A stretch of DNA of 33,440 nt from Squatina squatina (Eukaryota): positions 21,886,523-21,919,962 of the forward strand of contig JARFOE010000115.1 of the NCBI GenBank assembly GCA_031763465.1. The letters are read 5' to 3'. Numbering within the stretch: the stretch's first letter is position 1; each line of letters begins with the position of its first letter. This document shows positions 1 through 13,062 of this stretch, piece after piece. A model generated the notes under the pieces. It did not search any database and was not told where the DNA came from. It saw only the letters and a program-made list of their open reading frames with translations. The position numbers were made by a program, and so were the translations under genes.

Positions 1-840
1 TCAATAGGTCAATTTATGTTACTGAGATCAGCTCTTAAAACCCTTCATACCGGTCCTCAATGCTGCCATCTTCTTGAATAAATAGACTTTTTATGCCCTA
101 ACAAAAGAAACACATTAACAAGTGCATTCAAGCACAAGACTCAAACAAATTCCGAGATCCCTGGGTGGATAAGTGTGTTATTCCAGAATACTTGGCAGCC
201 AGAAGTACTTATCATTGCTTAACTGGTGAATGCTATCCTTCACAAGTATGGAATAATCCTAATCACATTCCTAATTACACATTGATATACCCTCTGTTGC
301 CAACATTCCTTGTAGAACTGATGTGTGGTTTATTAGCCCATTGAGTACACTAAGAACATGCATGATCAAGGACTGTTTATTTCAGAAACACATGCAGGGC
401 AGAAATTATAAAATGCACAATGTGTTCCTTAATACAGTTTTCAGGTCAACTACATCTTTATTGCTCTCCAGTGGTAGGAGAGGTGTGAATGACTTACATT
501 TTTAATAAGACAATAGGCTTTTCTGTCATCTAGATGGCCTGGTTTTTAAGCACCGTCCGAAGACTGTGTTCAATGTTGAAACACTGTTTATCCAAACCTT
601 TTTGTGGCACAAATACAAATCTGTGTGTGTTCTGGAAGGTGGGATTATTCCCAATTCCCATTGTAATTACCTGTCCGCTCATGAAAATTCCTCAGTTTAC
701 ACACAGTCCTTCAGCTGTTAATTAAAAGAAAAACAACAAAAAAGTAGCTGTAAATAAAAAAATGTAAAACTTAACTGCAGATCCATCAGCATCTCTGCCT
801 TTTCCTTCTCTATGTTCCAGCAATATATAAAGAGAGAAAG

Positions 841-880
841 CAAGTTAACATTTTGGGTGTAGACCCTTCATCAGAACTGA
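841..880 (-). repeat. Penelope-like short repeat copy with degenerate hammerhead core
   Basis: Minus strand reads AGTT-CTGATGA-AGGGTCTACACCC-AAAATGTT-AACT, homologous to copies at 10651, 23155 and 27152. GAAAC is mutated to AAAAT. Confidence 0.6.
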
Positions 881-967
881 AATCTGAGAGATAAGCAAGT
901 CCCTTAAAATAGGAGAGCACCTGTTGTTCTCTCTCCTCCTATTTGTTTGATTCATTCCCATTTAGCA

Positions 968-1656
968 TTCATCTTCTTCTTAGGCAGTCCCTCGAGATCG
1001 AGGATGACTTCCTTCCACTCCGGAGTTGTGGGTTCTGTGGTGACTAAATAGTCCTTTACTGGATCCACAAACTCTGCCACAGGTGGGGCAGGTGGTGTTT
1101 GATGGGGCAAGTGGGTGGGATGCTCGGGTTTTCCATCGAAGAAGCTCAAAGTGATTGGCGCCTTCACGGATGCTTCTCCTCCATTTTGGGTGGTCTTGGG
1201 CCAGAGATTCCCATGATTCAGTGGGGCTGTTACATTTTTTCAAGGAGGCTTTGAGGACATCCTTGAAGCGTTTTCTTTGTCCTCCTGGTGGTCGCTTGCC
1301 ATGACCGAGCTCAGAGTAGAGTGCTTGTTTCTGGAGATGTGGCCCATCCATCGCAGCTGACTGAGTGTGGTCAGTGCCTTGATGCTGGGGATGTTGGCCT
1401 GAGAGAGGACACTGATGTTGCTACGCCTATCCTGCCAGTGGGTTTGCAGGATTTTGAGGAGGCAATGCTGGTGATACTTCTCCATTGTTTTGAGGTGTCT
1501 GCTATACATTGATCATGTCTCTGCACATACAGGAGGACGGGTATCACTGCTGCCCTGCAGACCATGAGCTTGGTGCTGGGTTCGAGGTCTTGATTTTCAA
1601 ACACTCTTTTCCTCAGATGGCCTTAGGCTATACTGGCACACTGGAGGCAGTGTTGG
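968..1656 (-). mobile_element. RTE-clade LINE, 3' end, frameshifted and cut by a gap
   Basis: Pieces in three frames: TKLMVCRAAVIPVLLY; EKYHQHCLLKILQTHWQDRRSNISVLSQANIPSIKALTTLSQLRWMGHI; KQALYSELGHGKRPPGGQRKRFKDVLKASLKKC..WESLAQDHPKWR, ending in a CxxC..HxxxH zinc finger (CPTCGRVCGSSKGLFSHHRTH). Short AAG-rich tail and CCTCGA/TCGAGG hairpin at 990-1003. Confidence 0.85.
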
Positions 1657-1756
1657 NNNNNNNNNNNNNNNNNNNNNNNNNNNNNNNNNNNNNNNNNNNN
1701 NNNNNNNNNNNNNNNNNNNNNNNNNNNNNNNNNNNNNNNNNNNNNNNNNNNNNNNN

Positions 1757-1950
1757 CAAACTGCTTCTCCCCCTTCGAGCCTCAGATGAGCTGATTAACG
1801 CCCCCATTAAGCCCCATTAGCGCCACCACGGAATTTTTCTTTTCTAAGAGACCACTGCCTCATTACTTTGCATGACCCTGAAATCGGCGCTAACAAATCC
1901 TCTTTTCGGCAGCTAACGCTGCCAACGTGGTGCTAACCAATTGGGTCCCC
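1757..1950. mobile_element. End fragment of a non-autonomous DNA transposon (Harbinger-like)
   Basis: Recurrent TTAGCGCC/GGCGCTAAC motifs shared with the element at 13063-13636; ends in AATTGGGTCCCC. Confidence 0.35.
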
Positions 1951-2127
1951 GTGGTGACGTAATGTTATTCAAGACTAGGTGTTACATTTACTTCTATCTC
2001 CGTTTCTGTATACAGTATGTGCATTATTACAGTATGAATGGTGTACAATGTGTGCTTTTTATTTTAATTGCTCCCTGTATTTTATGAAAAAAAAAGAATA
2101 TTTTAAATATATTTATATTTATTTCTG

Positions 2128-2601
2128 GTTTACCAGAATGATACCTGGTCTTCAAGGGTTAAGTTACGTGGAGAGATTACACAAATTAGTGTTTTACTCC
2201 CTAGAATGTAGAAGATTAAGGGGTGATCTGATCAAAGTTTTCCAGATATCCAGGGGAACAGAGAGGGTAGATAGAGAGAAACTATTTCCACTGATTGGGG
2301 GATTCTAGGACTCGGGGCCAGAGTCTAAAAATTAGAGCCAGAACTTTCAGGAGTGAAATAAGGAAACATTTCTACACACAAAGGGTGGGAGAAGTTTGGA
2401 ACTTTCTTCTGCAAATGGCAATTGATGCGAGATCAATCATTAATTTTAAATCTGAGATTGATAGATTTTTATTAACCAAAGTTATTAAGGGATATGGGCC
2501 AAAGGCGGGTATATGGAGTTAGGTCGCAGATCAGCCATGATCTCATTGAATAGTGGAACAGGCTCGAGGGGCTAAATGGTTTCCCCCTGTTCCTATGTTC
2601 C
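2128..2601 (+). mobile_element. CR1 LINE, 5'-truncated 3' end (ORF2 C-terminus plus 3'UTR)
   Basis: FTRMIPGLQGLSYVERLHKL..YSLECRRLRGDLIKVFQI..RVDREKLFPL, frameshift in the G run near 2297, then SRTRGQSLKI..RKHFYTQRVGEVWN..FKSEIDRFL. 3'UTR ends CCTGTTCCTATGTTCC. Confidence 0.92.
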
Positions 2602-5600
2602 TGAATGAACCACAATATTTGTTCACGGAAACATGCCATCTGCTGCTGGTTTGCTATGACACCTTTCTCTGGCAATTAGTCAACCCATGGACAACATTTT
2701 CCTACTTTATTTCCAGCAGAGCAAAAATAATCATCCCCAGTGGGATATTTCATAATCTCAGTCTATACCTATGCCTTTATTCCCCAGTCTCACTTCCAAC
2801 CAGAAATTCATCCCAATCCTTTTTTTAAAGGATTCATTGGGACTGCATCAACTGCTTTTGACAGAATTTGTTCCACACATCTGCAACTCGGTCGAGAGAA
2901 AAGAACAAATTCTTCCAGTCTGTATCCTTGCCTGATTGTTTATTTTAAACCAAATGGTCTCCAATGCTGTGCTCACAGTCTAAGTCAAATAGCCTACATA
3001 CATCATCCATGCCTGTCAACTTTTTAAAGTGAAGAAACTGTCCTTTTTGCGATGTTTAATGACGTTAACCATCTTGGTGCTTCGTAAAATACTTTGCAAT
3101 TATCTTGAGTTGTAGGGAATAGCCACATAATCATGAACTTCATGTCAAAATAACCTGTATGACAGAGAACACCTTTCATGCAGCTGGTGAGGGCATTATA
3201 CAATTTATATGTGATTAAACATACATGAGAAATGAAGTGCCAAACTTTTATTTAAAATATATGACTGCGTATCCCTATGTCTGTTCCATGGCGGTTTTCC
3301 CCTAGTAACCCTAGAACCTTCTCATTACTTCTGAGGAGGCAATCTCCATAGGTAAACACACCAGAGATGAAGTGAAAATGTACAGAGGCTGGAACAAAGT
3401 GACTGAATAGGTTTGAACTCTGAGTAATGAAAGAGCCTTTCAGCTTTCAAAATACGCCCATCTTTTCTGTCAGAAAATATCTGCACAAGTTATTTCCTTT
3501 ACAACTTTTAATATGAAAAGTATCATAAAAGGGAATTACGCAAACATACTCAACCATAAAACACTCTTATGGAATAAATAAAAAGATTTAATCTTGTTTT
3601 ATTTTGTGATGCATAAATATTACTCAAAGGGCCAGAAATCCCATGCTGGTGCAATAACATAGTAAATGGCAAGGTAAGCAAGTGTTCCAACATCTACAGA
3701 ATGCACTCATTAACTCGANNNNNNNNNNNNNNNNNNNNNNNNNNNNNNNNNNNNNNNNNNNNNNNNNNNNNNNNNNNNNNNNNNNNNNNNNNNNNNNNNN
3801 NNNNNNNNNNNNNNNNNNTTTAATAAACTCCTTCAAACTACATCTATAGCCTCGATACTAACTTAACTTGCCCAGCAAGACAAAGACGTGATCGGGTCGG
3901 ACATCCGAGTTACACCCTGCTCAGCAGAAAATCGGGCAGGCTGTGAATCAGGTGTCTAACCCAAAGGCACCCGTTCACACTGGATGCATTCAGTTAAAAT
4001 CAGGGCTCTTGTTACTCTTAAGTGCAAGTTGCCTTGTGAGCCTAGAAGTGGCTATTTGCCACATTATTGTATGAAATTTTCATGACATTCCTCTGTTCAT
4101 TGTTTTAACAGAGGTGTCAACACAAATATTATTTAAAAAATGCACTGAGCATCCGTACAGTAATATCACAAACTTACTCTGAGGCTGCGGAGTCTTTATG
4201 ACAGTTTTTCAAAGCTTCACTGAGTACTTCTGAAGTCTAATTGGGAGCTATTTGGAAAGTTTTGGGAAAACTCTGTGAATGCTTATACCACACAATAGTT
4301 TGTTATCTGAAAGTGGCAGTGTAATCGTTTGATGAACTTGGCAATGATATGCAGCTCCATAGATGTTAGATGATCCATGAAGGATGAGATCTCTTTGTGA
4401 AATCACTCAGCATGTACAAATAGTGATCTCTGATATGCTGCCAACATCTGGACAAGATGAAGTGTAATTACATTAAAAATGTGAGAACAAAACAAATTTC
4501 AACCAAAAGTTCAATTATGTCCCAGCTCTTCTGAAGCAGCAACATCCAGCTTCACTGGTTGTATTCCTAGAAACAATTAGAAATTCTGCAAAACCTACAG
4601 GCAATGAATGCAGTTCCTGTTCTCATTCAGGGCTAAAATCTTTTTTGCTAAAAGTAGCAAAGACAAGGACTTCAGTTCCTAAATGTTGAAGTGCAATGAA
4701 AGTTTCGTAACATCAGTGTTCAGCTTCAAATTTCCAACCAGGAATTTTAACTTGGTTGACACTGCACACATAACTATCACTTCCACTATATGTAACTGGT
4801 GGATGACCTCATTTGCAGCTGTGTGGCTATGTCCATCATCACCATATTTGTTTTTAATGTTTCAAATATGTGTTGGCTACAGAAAAGTGTAATGCTTTCA
4901 AAACAAGCATCTGTTTTGCTGAAAAATATTGCTGCTTCAAAAGACTTACTGGTCTTATTTAAAATGGGCTTGTTTTAAAACATACCTTGGCATAACATTA
5001 CAGTGTGTAAAGACAGGAAAATAGCATTTTTAACGGATAGTTAACTTTTATAGTTCTATTTTGTTTTAATCATCACAATGACACAACTTAAATGATTGCA
5101 ATAAAGTATTGCAATCGTCACGAAACACGGCAACAAATAGACTCGAAGTGCACAGTGTCCCAGTGAGGCAAGGATCAGAGTACAGAAATGCTATTCCATG
5201 GTAGGACCTAGGTTGACAATGTGCCCTGTCCCTAACTCATTGTATCTGAGGAGGTTCATCCCTTGACGAGGGAGAGAATGGAAGCGAGAGAAAATGGTTG
5301 AGAAAGGTCAACTCAACAGTCTCGACTAGCTGGCCAGATTTGCATTGACAACAATTAGTAAAGTGGTAGTGTAAATGGTGGGAGGAGAACTATTAATATC
5401 TTGTGTGGATAACTCCATTTAACTGTATACCTATATGCAAATTTTTAATGGGCCAGATTTCACCAATAGTAATTTCATTGCACATGTGTTTTATTGTGTA
5501 TATAATAGAAGGCAATTTCATTTAAATGCATTGTCGTCCTATACTTACTTTTGCAACCACTATCTTATCATTTATTCCCTCAAACAGACTTAATTTAACT

Positions 5601-5627
5601 CTTTTCCTCTGATGCTGATGCAAAACA

Positions 5628-5784
5628 ATTCCCAATAGCTCAGAGGCTGGCTGATCCATGCAGACCAAGAAGGTCCCAGGTCCAATCACAGGTCTGTGCT
5701 GAATTAGCTGATCACAGCAGCAGGAGACTACCATTGGCCTCAGTGCCTTGAGATGAGGAAGGGAGAAATGACCTAAGGTCGTGC
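5628..5784 (+). mobile_element. Old SINE, 5' part (family shared with 14885 and 23630), cut by a gap
   Basis: CAGACCAAGAAGGTCCCAGGTCCAATC..GGTCTGTGCTGAATTAGCTGATC..ATTGGCCTCAGTGCC..GAGGAAGGGAGAAA aligns by eye with the two other copies; degenerate B-box-like segment. Confidence 0.55.
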
Positions 5785-6818
5785 NNNNNNNNNNNNNNNN
5801 NNNNNNNNNNNNNNNNNNNNNNNNNNNNNNNNNNNNNNNNNNNNNNNNNNNNNNNNNNNNNNNNNNNNNNNNNNNNNNNNNNNNNNNNNNNNNNNNNNNN
5901 NNNNNNNNNNNNNNNNNNNNNNNNNNNNNNNNNNNNNNNNNNNNNNNNNNNNNNNNNNNNNNNNNNNNNNNNNNNNNNNNNNNNNNNNNNNNNNNNNNNN
6001 NNNNNNNNNNNNNNNNNNNNNNNNNNNNNNNNNNNNNNNNNNNNNNNNNNNNNNNNNNNNNNNNNNNNNNNNNNNNNNNNNNNNNNNNNNNNNNNNNNNN
6101 NNNNNNNNNNNNNNNNNNNNNNNNNNNNNNNNNNNNNNNNNNNNNNNNNNNNNNNNNNNNNNNNNNNNNNNNNNNNNNNNNNNNNNNNNNNNNNNNNNNN
6201 NNNNNNNNNNNNNNNNNNNNNNNNNNNNNNNNNNNNNNNNNNNNNNCACACGATCAAAGCACAGGCAGTGCAAATATCACACTGTGTGCTCTTTAAACAC
6301 TACAGGGCTCTCCTATTAGTAGCAGCATCCTTCTAGATAAGGTGTGTATGATTGCATACTTTAATTATGTCCCTCTTAAATCTGGATTTGTATTTACTTC
6401 TGTTTTAAAATCTCCTTAAGCTATCCCATTTAGCAATCAAGGCTAGTTTAGAAAAGCACACAAGTAAAAACAGATGTTGGGAACATACAAGACAAATAAC
6501 ATTGAAAGCAACACCAAAATATAACATCATCTGGGGGGGTACATTTCAAGCTGATTAAAAGATAACACTGGAAGGATCTTAAAAGGCAGCGTCGAAGGCA
6601 TTTTGCTTCAAAGGAAATAGAATCCCAAAACTGGGAAACTGGAATGGAAAAATAGTTGGTAGAGCCTGTGAGAGAATTACAAGTTGCAATTTGCAAGGAT
6701 CTTTTCTCTGAGTGTCATACCTGATAAAGGGAGACAATTCAAACAATTTGTGAGCTGTTTAAATATTTAGAAATCTAAGGGCCAGCGTGGAAGGCTCTCC
6801 ACCCTCTCAGCAGCATTA

Positions 6819-6938
6819 ATCATAGAATAGAATCAAACAGCCCAGAAGGAAGCCATTTGGCCCATTGTGCCTGTGCTGGCTCTTTGGTACAGTTATCCAG
6901 TTGGTCCCACTCCCCTGCTCTTTCCCCATAGCCCTGCA
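6819..6938 (-). mobile_element. CR1 3'UTR/tail fragment
   Basis: Reverse complement of the CR1 end at 8227-8397 (GGGAAAGAGCAGGGGAGTGGGAC..AAAGAGC..GCACAGGCAC..GGGCC..ATTCTATG tail). Confidence 0.85.
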
Positions 6939-8226
6939 GAGTCGGATTGGTTAGTCTCAACCCAGTCGACTGTGAGGTATTACACTGGCCCTAATTTGTC
7001 ACAGAATTGTCTCCCCATGTTTCCATATGGCTATCACATTTTAGTTAGTGATGTTTGCAATTTTTATGTTTATTTTTAGTGTCCCACTTTTATTTTTCGA
7101 AAACTCAATACAGCATTTCAGTGCTCAGCCTTGAGAAGGAAAATGCTGTGGAGATGCTGGAAACTCTCTGGACGAAGGAATTTTTAAAACAATATAAAAT
7201 AAAATCATAGAGGGAGAGATGTCTGCCACTTACCTAGAACTGCTTAGCCTCGCTCTGAAAAAAGATTTGTTTCCACCAACCTGCCCACCACCCTTTTATA
7301 GGACTCTTCCTCAGTTTCTCTGGGAACCCATTGGTTACATTTAAATCACGCTGGTTTTTTATTTATTTTTAATGTTGATTCTTATGTTCTGGCAAAGTCA
7401 AATTCAGCACACAGGCAATTCCGGCCTGAATTGCCATCAGCAACATTGGCGTAACAATGGCCGTAAATTTCGGTGTAATTTGCATGACTATGCCACAACA
7501 GGAAAATCCTGGATTATCAGCACGACCTGAACACACTTCTGGTAGATTTATTATAAAGCCTTATTAGCTGATAATACCTGCATACTGAAAGAGTGGAACA
7601 ATTGCACTGGAGCTCCTTTGTCATATTTGTAAAATCTGGCACAAAGGGTTGGACCAATTAATTAGAAATGGCTGAGCTTGTTGGGAATCGGGTGCAAAAT
7701 CACAGGAANNNNNNNNNNNNNNNNNNNNNNNNNNNNNNNNNNNNNNNNNNNNNNNNNNNNNNNNNNNNNNNNNNNNNNNNNNNNNNNNNNNNNNNNNNNN
7801 NNNNNNNNCATTAACTATGCAGATAGAATTATCCCATTCCATAGAGTATACCAGGTGCAACAAAACAAAGCTATATCTGGCACTGTGCCTTTCATAAATT
7901 GCCATGATTCTGAAAGGAATAAATACAATAATATTTCACTTATCCGGTTCCCAACGTATACAAGGCAATTATGATTAATTTGTCTGTTTTTAGACGCATT
8001 AAAAAAGTGGGCATGGAGCAAAAATCCTCTTCATCAGTATTGTCCATACTCTTGTATGAAAATGATAACCAGCCCTTTATTAGAACTCTATTTCTGTACA
8101 TATTCTTCTGGAATTTTCTTAGGGTCCATCATTACTTATATCTAGTCAGAAAATTGAACCATACCAAAGATATATTGCCATTTTAGCTCATTGTCATTCT
8201 ACAATGCTGACATCTATTTTTATTGG

Positions 8227-8397
8227 CTAAAGGGAAATTGGATACATAATTGAAGGGAAATTTTTAACAGGGTTACAGGGAAAGAGCAGGGGAGTGGGAC
8301 TAATTGGATAGTTCTACCAAAGAGCTGGCACAGGCACACTGGGCCGAATGGTCTCCTTCTGTGCTGTATCATTCTATGATTCTACGATTCTATTCTA
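8227..8397 (+). mobile_element. CR1 3' end with (ATTCTATG)-type tail
   Basis: AAGGGAAATTGGATACATA..GGGAAAGAGCAGGGGAGTGGGACTAATTGG..GGGCCGAATGGTCTCCTTCTGTGCTGTATCATTCTATGATTCTACGATTCTA; the octamer tail is characteristic of CR1. Confidence 0.88.
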
Positions 8398-10650
8398 AAT
8401 AATAATCAATACTACAAGCGGTATTTCTTTTTCTTAAACAATCTCAGGCCAAATCTCGAGAGAAAGTTGGTAATCCCATTGAGCAACTCTGGATTGTGGT
8501 TGCAGTCATCATTCTAACAAACTTTACAAAAATCTGCGGACTTTAGAAAATGTAAAAGTGCCTCCAGAAGGGAGCCTTGGCTGTACATTTAAGGAAGTAA
8601 ACAACAAAAGAGAATGGTACTGTGTCTGTGGAAACTTAAATGAACATCAGAGGCGACACCAATAACAGCAGCGTGCCTGATCAGTGGGAAGAGATACAAA
8701 TGGGTTAAGTGAAAAAAAACAAATGCCACTGCTGTCCTAAGCGGGATTTGTTCACAAAGTTAATAGATGCCAATTAAGATTTTTTTTAAGTCAGATGTTT
8801 TACATTAATAAGAATAGAAGGATTCCAGGTGAAGATTCTAAAGAGAGTGTTGACAAATGCCAACATTTTTTGTATCATGCAGGATTGAAGTGATTGTAAC
8901 CTTCCAGGGAGCATCCATGGAATGTCCTTGATGTGGTTAAAAAAAAGTTTGAGAGTGCCAGAATCTTCTCTTTGATTCTGCAGGATCAGCTGGCAGCAGA
9001 GCGCACGTCAGCCACTTACACAGAACACAAAGGCAAAACCTAAAAACTGCAGAATAGAATAAATATTAATTTTTAATGTGTAAAAGCCTGAAGTCAACTT
9101 TTCAGTGTTGCCTGCTACTGAGCTCGAAGCAAAATTGATATCTTATCCACGCTGAATTATTTTTGATGGCAGTCATTGCTTCTAGAATCNNNNNNNNNNN
9201 NNNNNNNNNNNNNNNNNNNNNNNNNNNNNNNNNNNNNNNNNNNNNNNNNNNNNNNNNNNNNNNNNNNNNNNNNNNNNNNNNNNNNNNNNGGGTTTCCATT
9301 GTGTTAATTCATCATTATCTGTTCCCTTTCTTAACAGTGTGCAGTGCAACAGTGGCAAATAGCTGAGACATATTAGTCACCATAGAATCTACAAGTATTA
9401 GTAATCCAGGATATATAAAACATAATAGGAGCAGATTGTGTGGGAAAGTGATACGAATGCTTCACCTTTTAAGCAATCATCAACGCTCAATTTTTACCGT
9501 GTTAGCCGTTAATTTGCACTGTGTTCATACATTCATAGAATGCTGTTAAACAAAAACAAATCTAGTTAGAAAACCACTGATTTGTATTTGGCATAACAGA
9601 GATGTTTGTAAGATTTTACTGGCAATTTGAATGATTCAGTTCTGGTATTAAAGAGGTGCCAATTATTCCTGCAAATTGGCCAGTTCAACAGATTAAGAAT
9701 GATAAAAACTGAAATTTTCGCTGCCAATATATTTAAGGGTTCCATAAGCATTGTGAATAAAAAGGATAATTTTCATTTAAAAGAAAAGCTTCCCACCAAA
9801 AGAAATGGTAAACAGTTTCAAAAATTAGACTTACAACAGGATGTATTTATGGAATAAACTTTATCAATACAAAAGATTTTATGAAAGAATTACTTGTTTA
9901 ATATTCGTGGAGTAACGTTTAAATTTCTGCGTCACGCAGACATAATTTATCAATAAACAATATNNNNNNNNNNNNNNNNNNNNNNNNNNNNNNNNNNNNN
10001 NNNNNNNNNNNNNNNNNNNNNNNNNNNNNNNNNNNNNNNNNNNNNNNNNNNNNNNNNNNNNNNCTTTAAGATACAAAAATTGGGGTGGGGGGGATGGTGA
10101 AGCAATCTTATTTTAGTCAACAGTTTTGCCTGCATCAACTACAATGTTAACGTAATTATGTGACAGAACACTGGGGCGTTTTGGTAGAACTAAATCCTTT
10201 AATTAGGGCTGTGGAAAAATGCTCACATCTGCACTGAGCCAGTGTTAATTTGCCCTCTTCACACGAAAATGAGAGGAAACTGAGATTTTAAACTGACATT
10301 TCCTCAGAACATCGTCCCGTTCTGCTAATATAGTGGCGATAATTTGCTGATAAGAATACTTTGAAGTTTTTGGAATACAGCCAGGAAGCACTGGAATTAT
10401 TCAACTGAGAATATCTGTTTCATATTACAANNNNNNNNNNATATATTGAAACCATACATGCAAGCTTAAAACCATCTTCTCTCTTCAAAGCATTTACAGT
10501 AGTATTGATTGATTCCAAGCCCTTTGTCCTGGCTCCGCAATGTAAAGAGCAAGATGAATCTTAAAGCAGTATACTTCAATTTGTAGTTCAGGGTTATGTT
10601 TTTAATTTAAAATATATCTGACTTTAACCATATAAGCAAACCAAAATATA

Positions 10651-10753
10651 CTTTCTGATGAAGGGTTCCCTCTGAAACGTTAACCTGTCTTCCTCGTTCA
10701 GAAGCTGACTGCCCAGCTGTGCATTTGCAAAGTTTTTGCTTTTATTTTATATT
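10651..10753 (+). repeat. Penelope-like short repeat with intact hammerhead core boxes
   Basis: CTGATGA(10655-10661)-AGGGTTCCCTCT-GAAA(10674-10677)-CGTTAAC, followed by the CTGTCTTCCTC..CAGAAGCTGAC..TTTTTGCTTTTATTT body shared with the other copies. Confidence 0.65.
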
Positions 10754-10867
10754 TTGTGAAATGTGTGNNNNNNNNNNNNNNNNNNNNNNNNNNNNNNNNN
10801 NNNNNNNNNNNNNNNNNNNNNNNNNNNNNNNNNNNNNNNNNNNNNNNNNNNNNNNNNNNNNNNNNNN

Positions 10868-11310
10868 GAACAGCAGGGTTGCATTTGCTACCTTCCAATC
10901 CATAGGAACTGTGCTAAAATCTAGGGAATTCTGGAAGATTAAAACCAATGCATCCACCATCTCTGCAGCCACCTCTTTTAAAACCCTGGGATGTAGGTCA
11001 AGTACTTTTTCTTTACTAATATTAATAACTTTAAGTTATTCACTCTCATTAGACCCTTGGTTCCCCATTATTTCTGATATGTGTTTTGTGTCTTCTATTG
11101 TAAAAACAGATGCAAAATATTCATTTAACATCTCTGCCATTTCTTTATTCCCCATCATAATTTCTCTTGTCTCTGCCTCTAAGGGACCCTTTAGTTAGAT
11201 AACTTTTGCAGATCGCTTCCTTTTTACATACTTGTAGAAGCTCTTACAATCTTTGTTTATTTCTTGCTAGTTTACTTTCATATTCTATCCTCTCCCTCTT
11301 TAACAATTTC
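10868..11310 (-). mobile_element. CR1 LINE ORF2 internal fragment
   Basis: Minus-strand translation AAEMVDALVLIFQNSLDFSTVPMDWKVANATLLF matches the CR1 motif just before the RT core (IF..SL..G.VP.DWK.ANV.PLF). Confidence 0.85.
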
Positions 11311-13062
11311 TTGATAAACTTTGTTTGCCAGTTTTTTTATGGTTCGTATTTAGTGTTTGATTTTCAAGTAGCTTGTTAATTCAATTCTCCTAAACGTGTT
11401 AGGCCTTTCATGTTAAGACAGCATNNNNNNNNNNGATGCAAATTACTGTCGATGCCTTATATTAAAACACTGTTCACTTACTGTAACTTTTCAACCACTA
11501 ATTAGGATGGGCAGCTGGCAGCGCTGCAGCACAGGGCATGCTGCCACTTTTCAAATAATGATGATACTGAAAATCGTATGGCATTTGTACTGTGTTTCCC
11601 TGACAATGAATGTTAAACAACAAACCTCAAATGCTTATCCCTGTTATACTGTTCTGAAATTTCCAATGGAATTTTTAATTGCCTGGTGCCATTTAAATGA
11701 CACCCGATAATATGTGTTTGTATCTTACCTCTCCTTAAATGCAAACGCAACTTCCAGTGAATTTTAGTTACATGTAGATTATTAACCATCAAGTAATATT
11801 TTCTAATAAGACACGTTAATCTTTATAAATATTACATTTCTATATAATATTATCTTAAGGAAGTGAGATCCTAAATTAAATATTTCTGACTGCTGCTAGG
11901 TGATTTTGTGATACCTCATGCTGACAGGCTCACTCGTTCAATTACTTTCAGCTACAACATAATGGCAGTGTGAGGTTGCATATCTTTAAGCAAAGTCAGA
12001 TGTGGTTAAAGACAATATTTAAACAGAGCTGGATTACAGTCCTCACATTGCTCCAAATTTGTGTAGGACCAGAGATTAAGGCAAACTCATGAATATTACT
12101 TGAAGGTGCACCACTGTTTTCTAAAATTATTTAAAAATTAAGAATCTCTTCTGAGAACTCAGAAGCTTTTAGAAAAACAGGCAATTGACAAGTTTGATAA
12201 TTCGTTGATTTCAATGGGCCTGAAATTGCGATCGGAGTCTTCCTGCGTGCGGGTGCCTCCGATTGCAATTATCTCTATGTACTCACCTAAGNNNNNNNNN
12301 NNNNNNNNNNNNNNNNNNNNNNNNNNNNNNNNNNNNNNNNNNNNNNNNNNNNNNNNNNNNNNNNNNNNNNNNNNNNNNNNNNNNNNNNNNNACAATGCCT
12401 CTGTTAAAATAGCATCTAAAGTTGAAATCAAGGTCAGAAATCACCATGCACTAGCTTCATGCCCCACCGTTGTTTCTAGGCTTTCAAAATTTACCTAACA
12501 CTCTCAACATGTAATCTTGTCTTTGGAAAAAGTTCCCTCCTGTGACAGCACTTTTAATATTTTGTCAGCTATTACACTGAGATCTTTTTGCTCACTCACC
12601 TTATTTAATGATATAGCCTTCATATTTTGTATTTTTAGTTCTACGTTGTACTACCTTGTGTAATGGACTGGTTAATTTTTGTACAAACTGCAATTCCATG
12701 TCTGCAAACCATATGTTTGTGAGTGATTTTATAAATTTTCTTATGTTCTTTTCTAGGAATGCAAAAGCTGAAAGTAGGGAGTGATACAGTGGACTAAGTA
12801 ACTTAAAAAGTTACACAATTTAAGAATTTTGAAAAGGTCAATTGCTAGTTGGAGTATTTTTTTAAAAATCTATAGGTGCCAAAACAATTTCAAAATTGTT
12901 CAGCCCAGGCGCTTCTGGGATGGTAGCCGGCTACCAAGACCCTTTGCCCGCGACGTGGAATTNNNNNNNNNNNNNNNNNNNNNNNNNNNNNNNNNNNNNN
13001 NNNNNNNNNNNNNNNNNNNNNNNNNNNNNNNNNNNNNNNNNNNNNNNNNNNNNNNNNNNNNN

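Noticed and set aside
5712-6296. Long ORFs of 166-181 aa (and similar X-rich ORFs elsewhere)
   Set aside because: Made almost entirely of N-gap translation.
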